NCBI RefSeq assembly: GCF_963921235.1
Contig: NC_086097.1
Span: 97,404,001 to 97,468,000 of the forward strand
From: Mobula hypostoma
Taxonomy: Eukaryota
DNA length: 64,000 nucleotides
Direction: 5' to 3'
Every line of letters starts with the position of its first letter. Positions within the stretch are counted from its first letter, which is position 1. The notes beneath the pieces were generated by a model. It was not told the origin of the DNA, did not search any database, and was given only the letters and a program-made list of their open reading frames with translations. Below are positions 23,396 through 35,454 of the stretch, one piece after another. The position numbers and the translations under genes are program-made.

Positions 23396-25514
23396 TTGGT
23401 ATTGAACTGCTCGCCCAAGTGCCAGAAGTTGCAGAGAGTTCTGAGCACAGCCCAGTAATCACAGAAACCAGATTCTCCTCCATTAACTCAGTCTACACTT
23501 CCTGCTGCTTCTGGAATGTGACCAAAATAATCAACGATCTCCTACCCCGGTCATTCTCTCTTCTCCCCCCTCCTGCTGTGTAGAATATAGAAAGATTTAA
23601 GACTTTTCTACCACCAGGCTCAAGGACAGCTTCTACCCTGTTGTGCCAAGAATGGACTTCATACAATAAGCTCGTGATCTCTCGATCTACCTCGTCACGG
23701 CCCTTGCACCCGATTTGACACTTTCTCTGTAACTGGAACTATGTATTCTACGTTCTATTACAGTTTCCTTCTCTACTACCTCAACGTGCTTATGAAATGA
23801 CCTGTATGGATGACCAGCAAATAAAACTTTCCATTGTATCTCGGTATATGTGACAATAATAAACCAATTACCAATCAGAATTTCTTTTCTGGTGTAAAGA
23901 CCCTTCATCAGAACTGAGGAATGAACCAGTAAGTTGATTTTAAGTTGTAAAGAGGGTTGGAGGGGGATAAGGCAACAGTAAAGTTCAAGTTTAATTGTCA
24001 TTCAACCATACCTGGATACCCATGAATACAGCCAAAGGAAACAGGTTTACTCCGGAGCCAAGGTACAAAACACAGAACCAACAGTCACACACGGCACATA
24101 GAGCAGATATAAAATAGCAAACACATGTAAGATATCAGTAAAACAGCCGCACAAAAAATATGTAGCCCAATACTCTTGAGTCTATGAATATTGCAGAAAC
24201 CTGCAGTTGACCACAACACAGCTTGTATTCTGCCAAGCGAACACTGGAGCGGTCAGCACTGACTCCAGCTTGGACACTGTGCCATACCAGCTCCGACGTC
24301 CCTCCCCTGGGCGGCTGCAAAAAGGCAACAACGTGGCTTGAGGCCTACTCCTCACTATCACCGAGGCCATACAACTGCCCTACCATCCGCCAATAAACCA
24401 GTGAATTGGGCTTGCAGCATTCCACATCAACAGTGTCCAACAGGGTCTAGCAAGCACAAGGAAAGGCAAAGATGCCAGGGTTGCCATAGAGATCCCAATA
24501 TTTGTAGAATCGTCTGATTAGCAAATTGATGAGATAAGCTAGAGAGAGAGGTGAGGAAGGAGAGGGAGAGGGGGTGGGAAAAGGAGTGGGAGAGAGACAG
24601 GGCTAGAGAGAAAGGAAGATGTAAAAGGTGTAAAATGTAGGCCAGAGCTTGTTGCTGAAACTAAACAAATGCCTAGCAGATCGAGCAGTGTGTGTGAAGA
24701 AAGAAACTCCAGTTAGTCCTACAGATGGATAAATTTACAGAAGACCTGGCAAGTTTTGATAAAAGCAGAAGAGAAGGAAGCAGCTCTGGAAGAACTGGAA
24801 TCTTTAGTAATATTGGCTGGTCACATTAACAAGCGTTCGCCACCTTCCTGCAGGAATGTGAAGTGGATGTCATTCTGCCCTGAGCTTGACATCACTGGCA
24901 AGGCTGCATTTGGTGACTATCCCTGGCTGGCCTTGAGAAGGTGGTGCTGAGTTACAGTCTTGGACTACTGACATTTTGTGTCAGCATCCATGACGACACG
25001 AAGCAGGGGTATTGATGAAATGACCATGATGTAATGGCAGACATCTCCAAGTCATAACAAGCAAGCTGATTTGCTTTGTATAAAGCTATCAAGATGTCTT
25101 GAGAGTTGTTGACAGGGCTCTCATCCAGCAAGTAGAGTATTTTCCATCAAACTCCTTACAGGTATTGAAACGTATTGGAGGTGGTGAGGGCAGTTCTCTT
25201 AACGGGTTACACATCCTCAACCTGCTCTCGGTTGGCCACAGTATTTATGTGAATGGACCAGCTGAATTGCGGGACAACAGTGACCCGAGGACATTAAAAG
25301 TGGAGGATTTAGTGCTGCAATGCCACTGACTTAAGAACAGGTAAGTGACCTTGCTTTTGTTGGAGATGATCATTGCTGTCATTTATGCTGTGGTTACTGT
25401 TCATCAGGCCAGTCATGAGAGGGTTTCTCTCTCTCTCTCACTCTGAGTTTTTCTTCCAGGGGATGTTCATCAAACTGGCCCCTGAGACTGCTGGCTTGTT
25501 TGAAGACTGCACAT

Positions 25515-26005
25515 CAGAATCAGAATCAGAATCAGGTTTATTATCACTGGCATGTGACATGAAATTTACTATCATCCCTGCTCGAAATAAGCTGCAAAAA
25601 GTTGTAAGCTCAGTCAGCTTCATTGTGGGCACTAGCCTCACCAGTCCCCAGGACATCTTTAAGGAGTGATGCTCCAAAAAGGTGGCATCCATCATTAAGG
25701 ACCCCAATCATCCAGGACGTGCCCTCTTCATATTGCTACCATCAGGTAGGAGGTACAGGAGCCTGAAGGCACACACTCAATGATTTAGGAACAGCTTCTT
25801 CCCCTCTGCCATCCAATTTCTGAATGGACATTGAACCCATGAACACTACCTCACTATTTTTTCTCTCTTTTTGCACTACTTACTTAATGTAACTTTATAA
25901 ATACTCTAAATTACATTTTTATTATCTTGTATTGCAATGTACTGCTACCACATAACAACAAATTTCACAACATTTGCCCATGATGTTAAACCTGATTCTC
26001 ATTCT
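25515..26005 (+). mobile_element. Rex/Babar 3' fragment with an inverted tail copy at its 5' side
   Basis: LLPSGRRYRSL/RNSFFP coding relic; tail AAACCTGATTCT at the 3' end; reverse-complement (AGAATC)n tail at 25515-25565. Confidence 0.65.
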
Positions 26006-26908
26006 GCTTGTAATGGAAGCGAGATTACTGATGGAGCAGCTGATTATGTTGGGGACTGGGAGCAGAACCTCTGGGCTCAAGGATGCTTTCAACAAACTCA
26101 AGAACTTGAAGATATAAATTTAAGCAGTTTCCACTGATTTAACGAGTGCTGCTTGAGATCAAATGCTGTTTAATTCTCTCTGGCCTCCTGCCGAGATCAT
26201 TAGTTACCAGCCAAGTTGATTTAGTTCACCTGACAACTGAAGGTGCGTGAGTGCACGACACAAGCAAGGCCCGACAGTAACCTGCTGCAGGGCTAAAGAC
26301 TCTGCTCCAGGAGTACCGTCCAGTACAATTACTGCAATCACATCGACCTAGCCTTACAACGCATTGCCTGTTATGCTGCTGGCATTTAGGGTAGCAATCT
26401 CCAACGGTGTTCAGGGCTTCCTTCATCGTGTCACTAGCTTCCTCTGGGTTTTCACTCCTGTCAGTCATGCAAGTCCCGGGTGGAGACTCAGGAATACCAT
26501 CACACTCAGATGCAGAAGGATCCTTCATTGCTGTTTCTGTAACAGTTTGGTTTCACCAGTCAGGGTTGTTAGCCCTGAGCTGAACCCCTGAACCTGGAGG
26601 ATGGGTAAGACATCTCTTAGTCTGTCCTCTACCTTTTGTCCTGCCTGGCATGGGAGACCCTACCAAGCATAAAGTACTGATTCCAGCCAACAAAGCTCTC
26701 CAGGCCAGAGGTGTGCAAGCCTCCAAACCACAAGAAAGTTATGGTCCACTTGGAGGACCTAACCTCATAAAAGCCAGCCATATCCAACCTGGCCAATACT
26801 GCCCCGTCTTCCTACTACAGCCAGTGATGGAGGAAGTTCAACCATTAATACAATCAGATAAGGCTTATTCATTCATCATCTGCTCTGTTTGTACACTCCA
26901 TTCATTCT

Positions 26909-27218
26909 CAGATTCCAAAACAACCCTAGTCCAATCAAACACGAGGAGCTAGTTCCAGAACAGATTCAGAACAACCCTAGTCCAATCAAACACGAGGAGC
27001 TAGTTCCAGAACAGATTCAGAATAACCCAAGTCCAATCAAACACGAGGAGCTAATTCCAGAACAGATTCAGAATAACCCAAGTCCAATCAAACACGAGGA
27101 GCTAATTCCAGAACAGATTCAGAATAACCCAAGTCCAATCAAACACGAGGAGCTAGTTCCAGAACAGATTCAGAATAACCCAAGTCCAATCAAGCACAAG
27201 GAGCTAATTCCAGAACAG
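26909..27218. repeat. 51-bp minisatellite, about 6 copies
   Basis: Unit CAGATTCAGAATAACCCAAGTCCAATCAAACACGAGGAGCTARTTCCAGAA. Confidence 0.95.
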
Positions 27219-27644
27219 ACTACCATTGACATTACAGCAGCATTCAACCAGCTGTATGACTGAGATCAATGAGGATCAAGAGAAACTCTCTATTTTTTAG
27301 AGTCATACCTAACAAAAGGCATGACTCAGGAAACAGGACATCTTTTCTTGATCCTCATTCAAAAGACATGATCAGGGGAGTGATTTCAAGCTGTTTCATC
27401 AGCAATCATCTCTCCATCCCAAGGTCAGAAGTGGAATTGTTCAGTAATGTTCAGCTTCATTCACAGAAACTCAGGAAACAACATCGTCCATACTGCAATA
27501 GCTGAACAATATCACTGGAACAAAGTTTACATCACACAGGTGTCAGATGCAAAACTAAGAATGCCAATCTGATTAAAGATGCACAAAATTATATGAGGCA
27601 TAGTTGGAATAGATAGTAAGAATCCTTTCCCTATGGCAAAGAAG

Positions 27645-29015
27645 GATAGGCCAAAGTCAACATGGTTTCCTTAAGGGGAAATGTGTGGGAAATTTTGAGG
27701 AAATAACGGGCAGGATAGACAAAGGAGAGTCAGCGGTGCTTGGATTTTCAGAACACCTTTGACAAGGTATCTCACATGAGACTGCTTAACAAGACAAGAG
27801 CCCTTGGTATTACAGGAAAGAAACTAGCGCGGATAAAGCAGTGGTTGATTGGCAGGAAGCAAAGAGTGGGAATAAAGGGAGCCTTTTCTGGTTGGTTGCC
27901 GGTGACTAGTGCTGTTCCGCAGGGGTCGGTGTTGGGACCACTTCTTTTCACATTATATGTCAATGACTTGGATGACAGAAGTGATGGCTTTGTGGCAAGT
28001 TGGTGGACTGTACAAAGGTAGGTGGAGAGGCAGAACTTAGACCCATGAGGAGAAAGGGTAAAGAAGTGGCAGTTGGAATGCAGTATTGAGAAATGTATGG
28101 TAGAAGAATAAAGGAGTAGCCTATTTTCTAAACAAGGACAACATTCAAAAATCAGAGGTGCAAAGGGACTTGGCAGTCTTTATGAAGGATTCCCTAAAGT
28201 TTAACTTGGAGGCTGAGTCGGAGGTGCAGAAGGCAAATTCAATGTTAGCATTAATTTTGAGAGGACTAGAATGTAAAAGCAATAATGTACATAATGCTGA
28301 GGCTATATAAGGCATTGGTCAGACCGCACTTGGAGTATTGTGAGCAGTTTCAGACCCTTGTCTAAGAGGAGGTTCATGAGAATGATTCCAGCAATGGAAG
28401 GGTAAACATATGGGGAGCGTTTGACAGCTCAGGGCCTGGACTCGCTGGTGTTTAGAAGAATGAGAGGGGATCTCATTGAATCATATCAAATATCGTTGTG
28501 GAAGAGTCTAGGACTCAGCCTCAGAATAGAAGGACGTCCCTATGTAATAGAGAGGAAGAGGAATTTCGTTAGAATAGAAGCACATCCCTATATAACAGAA
28601 ATAAAGAGGGATTTCATTAGCCAGAGAGTGGTGTGCTATTAATGTACTTTATTTATTTAGAGATACAGCCCTTCCACCCAGCAACCCACCTTATTTAACC
28701 CTAGCGTAATCACATGACAATTTACAATGACCAATTAATCTACTAACCAGTACATCTTTGGACTGTGGGAGGAAGCTGGAGCACCCGGAGAAAACCCATG
28801 GCGTCACAAGGAGAACGTGCAAACTGTGGAGGTCAAGTCATTGGGTATATTCAAAGCAGAAGTTGATTGGGTCTTCATTGGTAAGGGTGTCAAAGGTTAC
28901 AGGGAGAAGGCAGGAGAATAGGATTGACAGTGAAAATAAATCAGTCATGATGGAATGGCAGAGCAAACTTGTTGAGCCAAATGGCTTAATTCTGCTCCGA
29001 TGTCTTAAGGTCTTT
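27645..29015 (+). mobile_element. Decayed CR1 RT/3' region with a SINE inserted at about 28650-28825
   Basis: DFQNTFDKVSH, VPQGSVLGPLLF, RRMRGDLIE. Confidence 0.8.
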
Positions 29016-29172
29016 ATTGCCAATGTAGTCCTCTCTCTTCAACCTCAGCCTGCTCTTTAAACTGAAAAGCCAGGACATTTCCAGACCAGTTGGACTGTCT
29101 TAATATACAGAAATATGGAGTGGCCTCCCTCTCACATCTGGAAACAAGCATCAGCTTGGATCCCCTCCTTAC

Positions 29173-29424
29173 CTGGGGTCTTTTCCACAAAATGTTCTTC
29201 ACTTTGCTGGATTTTTGCCCCAGCTCCTTATATCCAAGAGTCGCAGTGGTAGCTGGGAACATATCATCTTCAAATAAGATTTTTTTCTTCAGGCAGTCTT
29301 TCTTCAGCCTCACAAAGTCCTGCTCAAGGTATTTGATGGGCTTTTGAAAAGTCCCTTCACCATCCCGTATCTTTCTTTCACGCACGAGACGGTCACAGAA
29401 GAAGCCCGGACCTGTGTACAGCAT
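29173..29424 (-). CDS. capn3: Calpain-3 alternative first coding exon, Lp82/AX1 (lens) type, 84 codons
   Basis: GCC-ATG context; MLYTGPGFFCDRLVRERKIRDGEGT...LFEDDMFPA...WKRPQ resembles rodent Lp82 AX1 (MPYLLPGFFCDRVIRERDRRNGEGT, from memory); phase-0 donor GTAAGG; no stops. Confidence 0.9.
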
Positions 29425-29508
29425 GGCTCTCTCAAAACAAATTCAGTTCAGCCTCCCCTGACAGTGCCAGGGTTAATGAAGCAGAAAAGGCCTTGCCCTG
29501 GAATTGGT

Positions 29509-29618
29509 GATATCAGCCAGCACGTTACGGTCATCAGAGACCACAGACCCCTGGCCTAAATCCGATATCAGCCAGCACTTCTCAGTCTTCAGAGACCACA
29601 GTCCCTTGGCCTAAATCC
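29509..29618. repeat. 55-bp tandem duplication upstream of the AX1 exon
   Basis: GATATCAGCCAGCAC...GGCCTAAATCC occurs twice with a few mismatches. Confidence 0.85.
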
Positions 29619-30104
29619 AGGCTGAATACTGCTGATAGGATGGGCTTCCAACAACGTCACACCTGCAGAATTGGGTTTAAAAAAATGCTGATCCTCCCTC
29701 AGGCCATTGACCAAGAAACAATGGAGCAAGAAAGACAAAGCCCCTTGACCGCCGAGGGGCTGTTGCTCGACAACAGGCCCATTGCACAGATAACACTGGT
29801 GAAGAAGAGAGATAAGCCTCCTTTTTTAGCTCTGTCCAAAGAACTGAAAGAGGCCCAGTCTGCCTCAGCAAAAGACATTCAAATTTAAAGCTGCATTCAA
29901 TGGGTATTGTGTGTGACACGCACTGGGCTTTAATCCATTGTCTCTAGGTCCTGTGTCCCTGCTTGGGCTGTATTGAGTCAATGAGCACACGTGATACAAT
30001 ATTTCTCCACATAACTCCAAACTATTCACCTCTCAACCCTGCTTGGTGAGGTTGGCGAGGGGTTATCAATTTCCCTTTGTATTATCATTGTTTTAAGCAT
30101 CTAC

Positions 30105-30690
30105 AATTCAGAATCAGGTTTAATATCACCAGCACGTGTCGTGAAATTTATTTGACTTTGTGGCAGCAGTATCACAGTCATAGTCATAGTCATAGTCATA
30201 CTTTATTGATCCCGGGGGAAGTTGGTTTTCGTTACAGTTGCACCATAAATAATAAATAGTAATAGTAATATTACTATTAGTAAATAGTAAATAGTAATAG
30301 TCGTGGAAATAATAAATAGTAATAGAATAGTAATAGAAAATAGTAATAAATAGTTAAATGGTAATATGTAAATTATGCCAGTACAATGCCATACATAATA
30401 ATAGAGGGAGTAAACTGTGAGTTGCAGTAAGTATATATATAATAGTTAACTTAAATAAGTTGTACAAAAAATAGAAATAAAAAACGTAGTGAGGTCTCGT
30501 GCTCATGGGTTCAATGTCCACTCAGAAATCCAAAGGTAGAGGGGAAGAAGCTGTTCCTGAATCGCTGAGTGTGTGCTTTCAAGCTCCTGTACCTCCTACC
30601 GGATGGTAACAGTGAGAACAGGACATGACCTGGGTGATGACGGTCCTTAATGATGGACACGACCTTTTTACGGCATCACTCCTTGAAGAA
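30105..30690 (-). mobile_element. Rex/Babar 3' end with a nested tail fragment and (CATAGT)n/(AATAGT)n microsatellites
   Basis: (AGAATC) tail; reverse complement of RFRNSFFP and SGRRYRSL. Confidence 0.65.
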
Positions 30691-33264
30691 GATTCAGCCC
30701 AACTGACCTGTGCTAGTCCACAGCCTGTCTGTGCTAGTCCCATTTCCTTGTGTTAGGCCTTTACCCCTCTACATCTTTACTATCCCGTGACTGTTCATGC
30801 GTTTTATGTTAATGTTGTAATTGCACCCACCTCCACTACTACCACTTTCTCCATGTGCCAACCATACAGTGTGTAAAAAATGCCCCTCAGGATCCCTTCC
30901 TTAAAGAAGGACTTCAAGTCTTTCCCCTCTCACCTTAAACCTATGCCTCTAGTTTAGGACCGGGGGAAAAGGCTGTGACTATCTACCTTATTTATCTCTG
31001 AGCCAGATAAAGGTGATTCTCCCAGATCTCAACAGAATTAGGGAAAGATGGTGACCTTGTAGGGAGCCATTTGACTTGTCATATCCATGTCAGTCAAAAA
31101 AAGGGGATTTCCCCCCTCCCCCCCCCCACCAACCTAACGCTACCTGCCAGAACTGGGTGTGTATCTCTGAAAGTCATGATTCCTCCTGTCCACAATCATT
31201 TAGTGTTTAACGTGAAGAGGTTTTCTGCTTCCATTACCTTTCAGGCACTATAATTCAGTCTTGCACCACCACCACCCCCCCAGCCTCTGGGTAAAACTGA
31301 TTTTATTCAACTGCCCTCTTCTCTATCTACCAGTTATTTGAACTCTTGACCCTTTGGTTTCCCTGTGCTAAGGGAAACAGCCCTTCCTATTTTCAATATC
31401 TGACCCCCTGATAATCTTATAGACCTCGGTTAAGTCTACTATCATTCGACTCGGCTCTGAAGGAAACAACACAAACTTACCCATGCTTTCTTTCAGCAAC
31501 ACCTCCGCTCGAAAGTGATTTAGGATGATGTAACGATGTGCTCTGTGCTCATTGGAATACGCCAGTGTCAGCAGCAGGACTGTATTTTTGATGAAATATT
31601 CATTATCGTTGTGTGTGGAATGAAGACTCAACGTATCACAGCACTAAGCTGTGTCTTGTCTATTAAATGAAGTACGATAAGGCAGGAGGTGGCCAGCAGC
31701 CCCTACCCTAAATACTGCTTATTCAAAGGACATTCTCTTCGCTGAGCTCCAGTCCAAGCTATAGTATTCATGATAACATAAATAAATGTAGCAGCAAAAT
31801 AACTCACCAAAGCAAGCTACAAATCAATATATTCTTACATTCTGACTTAAAATTTGTTAAAATTTGAGCCCTTACTGAATTTTTACATTCATGCCTGTAA
31901 ATATGAACAGAAACATTCTTCTGTGTGGAATTTTTTCTCACTGCTGCAACAGATACAGCAGTAGTTGAAGCAAGTTAGTTATAGAATGATATAACACAGC
32001 TTTCCTGTAAAGCTGCCTCACTGAATAATTTCTGACAATTCAAAGACAATAGAACTGCCTTAAAAAATTCCTCGCAAAAGAACGGACCCTTTATTAATAG
32101 CTTGATAAATTACCTTTGATTTCATATTTCCTTACCACGCCACAGGCCATTCAACCCACTATGCTGGCTCTCAGAGCATTCCCAGAATTTCCATTCCCAC
32201 TTATTTTCCTAAAATCTGTAGTGTCCCACATTCCCATCACTTCCCTGTTCTACTGTCACCCACCAACTTAAGGAGTAATTTAGCAGCCATTTAGCCTACT
32301 AACCAGCACAAATTCAAGGAGGCAACCAGTGTACCCAGCAGGAGGCCAACATACAGCTGCAGCAAGAGGTTAGGAGGACAAATGGTATATTAACTATTCT
32401 GCAAGCTGATTTTCAGCAAGATTCAGGTGTTCTGGCAGCACCCAGAGCAGATACTGCCAGTCCCCAGCATTGTGCCAGCCAAATTGCGATCTTCAGCCCC
32501 ATGTTGTAGCACTAGGTACGGTATGTCTACCACTCACCCCAACCTACCCAACACGGTAAATCTCATATAGAGAGACAAATCTCTGATACACCACTGTACG
32601 GTTGCTCAGAGGTCCCAATTGTTTGGCCTCTGGTTCACCGCAGACCTGTTACCAAACTCCCCCTGCACTGGGCAATGGTTTACTACTGTCACATATACTA
32701 AGATACAGTGAAAAACTTTATTTTGCATGCCACACCAGTGAGATCACTCCAAAGGTAAGAATGTCGAGGTCGTAGGAAAGGAAAAACAGTAACAAAATGC
32801 AGAATATAGTATGACATTTACAGAGAAAGTACAGTACAGGCAGACAATAAGGTGCAACTCCATGATGAGGTAATTGAAGGTCAAGATTTCATCTTTATCA
32901 TATAAGAGGTCCCTTCAAGAGTTTTATAACTGGGATAGGAGCTGCCCGTAAGCCTGGTGGTATGAGTTCTCCCTTGCTGCCCCAAACAAGAATGACCCTG
33001 GTAGAAGGGGCTTTGCCAGCCAGTTGCCCATTTCCTACATTTCTTTGAAAATCACCAGGGACCCATTTCCTGTGTTCCCTGTAAACTCAACAGGGCCGTA
33101 CTTTCACCAGAGCACCTGCCCCCAATGTCCCTTCAAGCACACAAGAGTCCTGTTTCCTATGTTGTCTCTAAACTAGAGACTTTATAATACAATTGCATAA
33201 TAGTTGCAGTCCAGCATTTAAAAAGTGACTTAAAAGTTTGTCAGGAAAGAAATTAATTAACTAA

Positions 33265-33510
33265 TTTATTTATCTACAGAATAGGCGCTTCTGGCCCAAT
33301 GAGCCAGCAGCGCACCTATTTATCCCTAGCCTAATCACAGGACAACTTACAATGATAAATTAATATACTAACCACTACATCTTTGGAATGTGGGAGGAAA
33401 CTCGAGCACCCGGAGGAAACCCACACACTCCAAGGGAAGGACGTATAAACTTCTTACAAGCGGCGTTGGAAATGAACTGCAAACTCTGGCACCCCAAGCC
33501 GACCGTTACA
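33265..33510 (-). mobile_element. V-SINE/HE1-like SINE
   Basis: TGTGGGAGGAAAC...GAGCACCCGGAGGAAACCCAC core (reverse complement). Confidence 0.75.
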
Positions 33511-33851
33511 CTACCCTTGAATATGAACAAATATCCAATAGTCTGGAAAATCTGCCTGCCCGGCATCATGAAAGCTCTGAGAGTGCGGGATTATCTGACG
33601 TGTCCACACTGAGCCAAGGATGATTGATGGTTTCGGAAATGCTGATGGAGAGCACATAACCTTATCGAATGGAAGAGCTGATCGGAGGGGTCAAACACAT
33701 ACTCCTTATCCATATCCTAAGCAAACAGAAGAGTCTCCTAATAGAATACAGAACAGTACTGTACAGCAGAGGAAAAGACCCTTCACCCAGTATGCGCTGA
33801 AGATGACATCAAAGTAAACTACATTGCTTCTCTATCCAAAACATGTTCCAT

Positions 33852-34795
33852 ACTCCAAGTTTGCGGATGACACGAAGCTGGGCGGCAGTGTTAGCTGTGA
33901 GGAGGATGCTAAGAGGATGCAGGGTGACTTGGATAGGTTAGGTGAGTGGGCAAATTCATGGCAGATGCAATTTAATGTGGATAAATGTGAGGTTATCCAC
34001 TTTGGTGGCAAGAACAGGAAAACAGATTATTATCTGAATGGTGGCCGATTAGGAAAAGGGGAGGTGCAACGATACCTAGGTGTCATTATTTACCAGTCAT
34101 TGAAAGTGGGCATGCAGGTACAGCAGGCGGTGAAAAAGGCGAATGGTATGTTGGCATTCATAGCAAGAGGATTCGAGTACAGGAGCAGGGAGGTTCTACT
34201 GCAGTTGTACAAGGCCTTGGTGAGACCACACCTGGAGTATTGTGTGCAGTTTTGGTCCCCTAATCTGAGGAAAGACATTCTTGCCATAGAGGGAGTACAA
34301 AGAAGGTTCACCAGATTGATTCCTGGGATGGCAAGACTTTCACATGGAGAAAGACTGGATCGACTAAGCTTATATTCGCTGGAATTTAGAAGATTGAGGG
34401 GGGATCTTATTGAAACATATAAAATTCTAAAGGGATTGGACAGGCTAGATGCAGGAAGATTGTTCCCGATGTTGGGGAAGTCCAGAACGAGGGGTCACAG
34501 TTTAAGGATAAAGGGGAAGCCTTTTAGGACCGAGATGAGGAAAAACTTCTTCACACAGAGAGTGGTGAATCTGTGGAATTTTCTGCCACAGGGAACAGTT
34601 GAGGCCAGTTCATTGGTTATACTTAAGAGGGAGTTAGATATGACCCTTGTGACTAAAGGGATCGGGGGTATGGAGAGAAGGCAGATACAGGGTTCTGAGT
34701 TGGATGATCAGCCATAATCATACTGAATGGCGGTGCAGGCTCGGAAGGCCAAATGGCCTACTCCTGCACCTATTTTCTATGTTTCTATGTTTCTA
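33852..34795 (+). mobile_element. Young 5'-truncated CR1 LINE with an open RT C-terminal frame
   Basis: 297-aa ORF SKFADDTKLGG...RPHLEYCVQFWSP...NFFTQRVVNLWN; (TTTCTATG)n tail. Confidence 0.92.
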
Positions 34796-35454
34796 TCCCT
34801 CCATTCCCTTTATATTCATGTGTCCATCAAAAAACCTCTAACTACCACTTTCGTATCTCCCTCCACAACTAGCCCTGGCAGCTCACTCCAGGCACCCAAC
34901 ACTTCTCTTTTAAACTTTCCCCTCTCACCTTCAATTTACTGAATGCCTTCTAGTGCTTGACATGTCAGCTCATCCATTCCCCCCAGGTTCTATCACTCAC
35001 CTGCATAGTAGGAGCCAATTGACCTCCCTGTCTTCCGGATGTGAGAGTAATTAGGACCACACAGAGGAAAGCCACAGGGAGAACTTGCAAACTCCACACA
35101 GACAGCACCCAATATCAGGATCAAAACGGTCTCTCTGAAGCTTTGAGGCAGAAGCTCCACTAACTGTTACTGTGCTGTCCTGCTGTAAGAAGCATATTGT
35201 ACTTGGTTGACTGGCCTCTAACTCCCCCCCCCACCACCCCCATTAACTCATTAAACCAGACAACCTCTACAACTCATCCCCGTGGCAACCTTGAACTCAG
35301 CCAGTCACAGATATTTCCCATCCATCCCTTCTGCCACCATCTCTGGAACTTAAAACTGTCTTGATCTCTTTCACCCAGTATTTATGAGAGGACTTTGACC
35401 TGAAATGTTTTCTCTGTATCTCTGTCAATGGATGCTGCTTGACCTGCTGAGCAT

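Noticed and set aside
26889..27263. 124-aa ORF with a 17-aa repeat as a novel protein
   Set aside because: Product of a 51-bp minisatellite; non-ATG start and no splice support
29014..29172. C-terminal part of the 136-aa ORF as coding
   Set aside because: Calpain similarity stops at the GTAAGG donor; the rest is intron read-through
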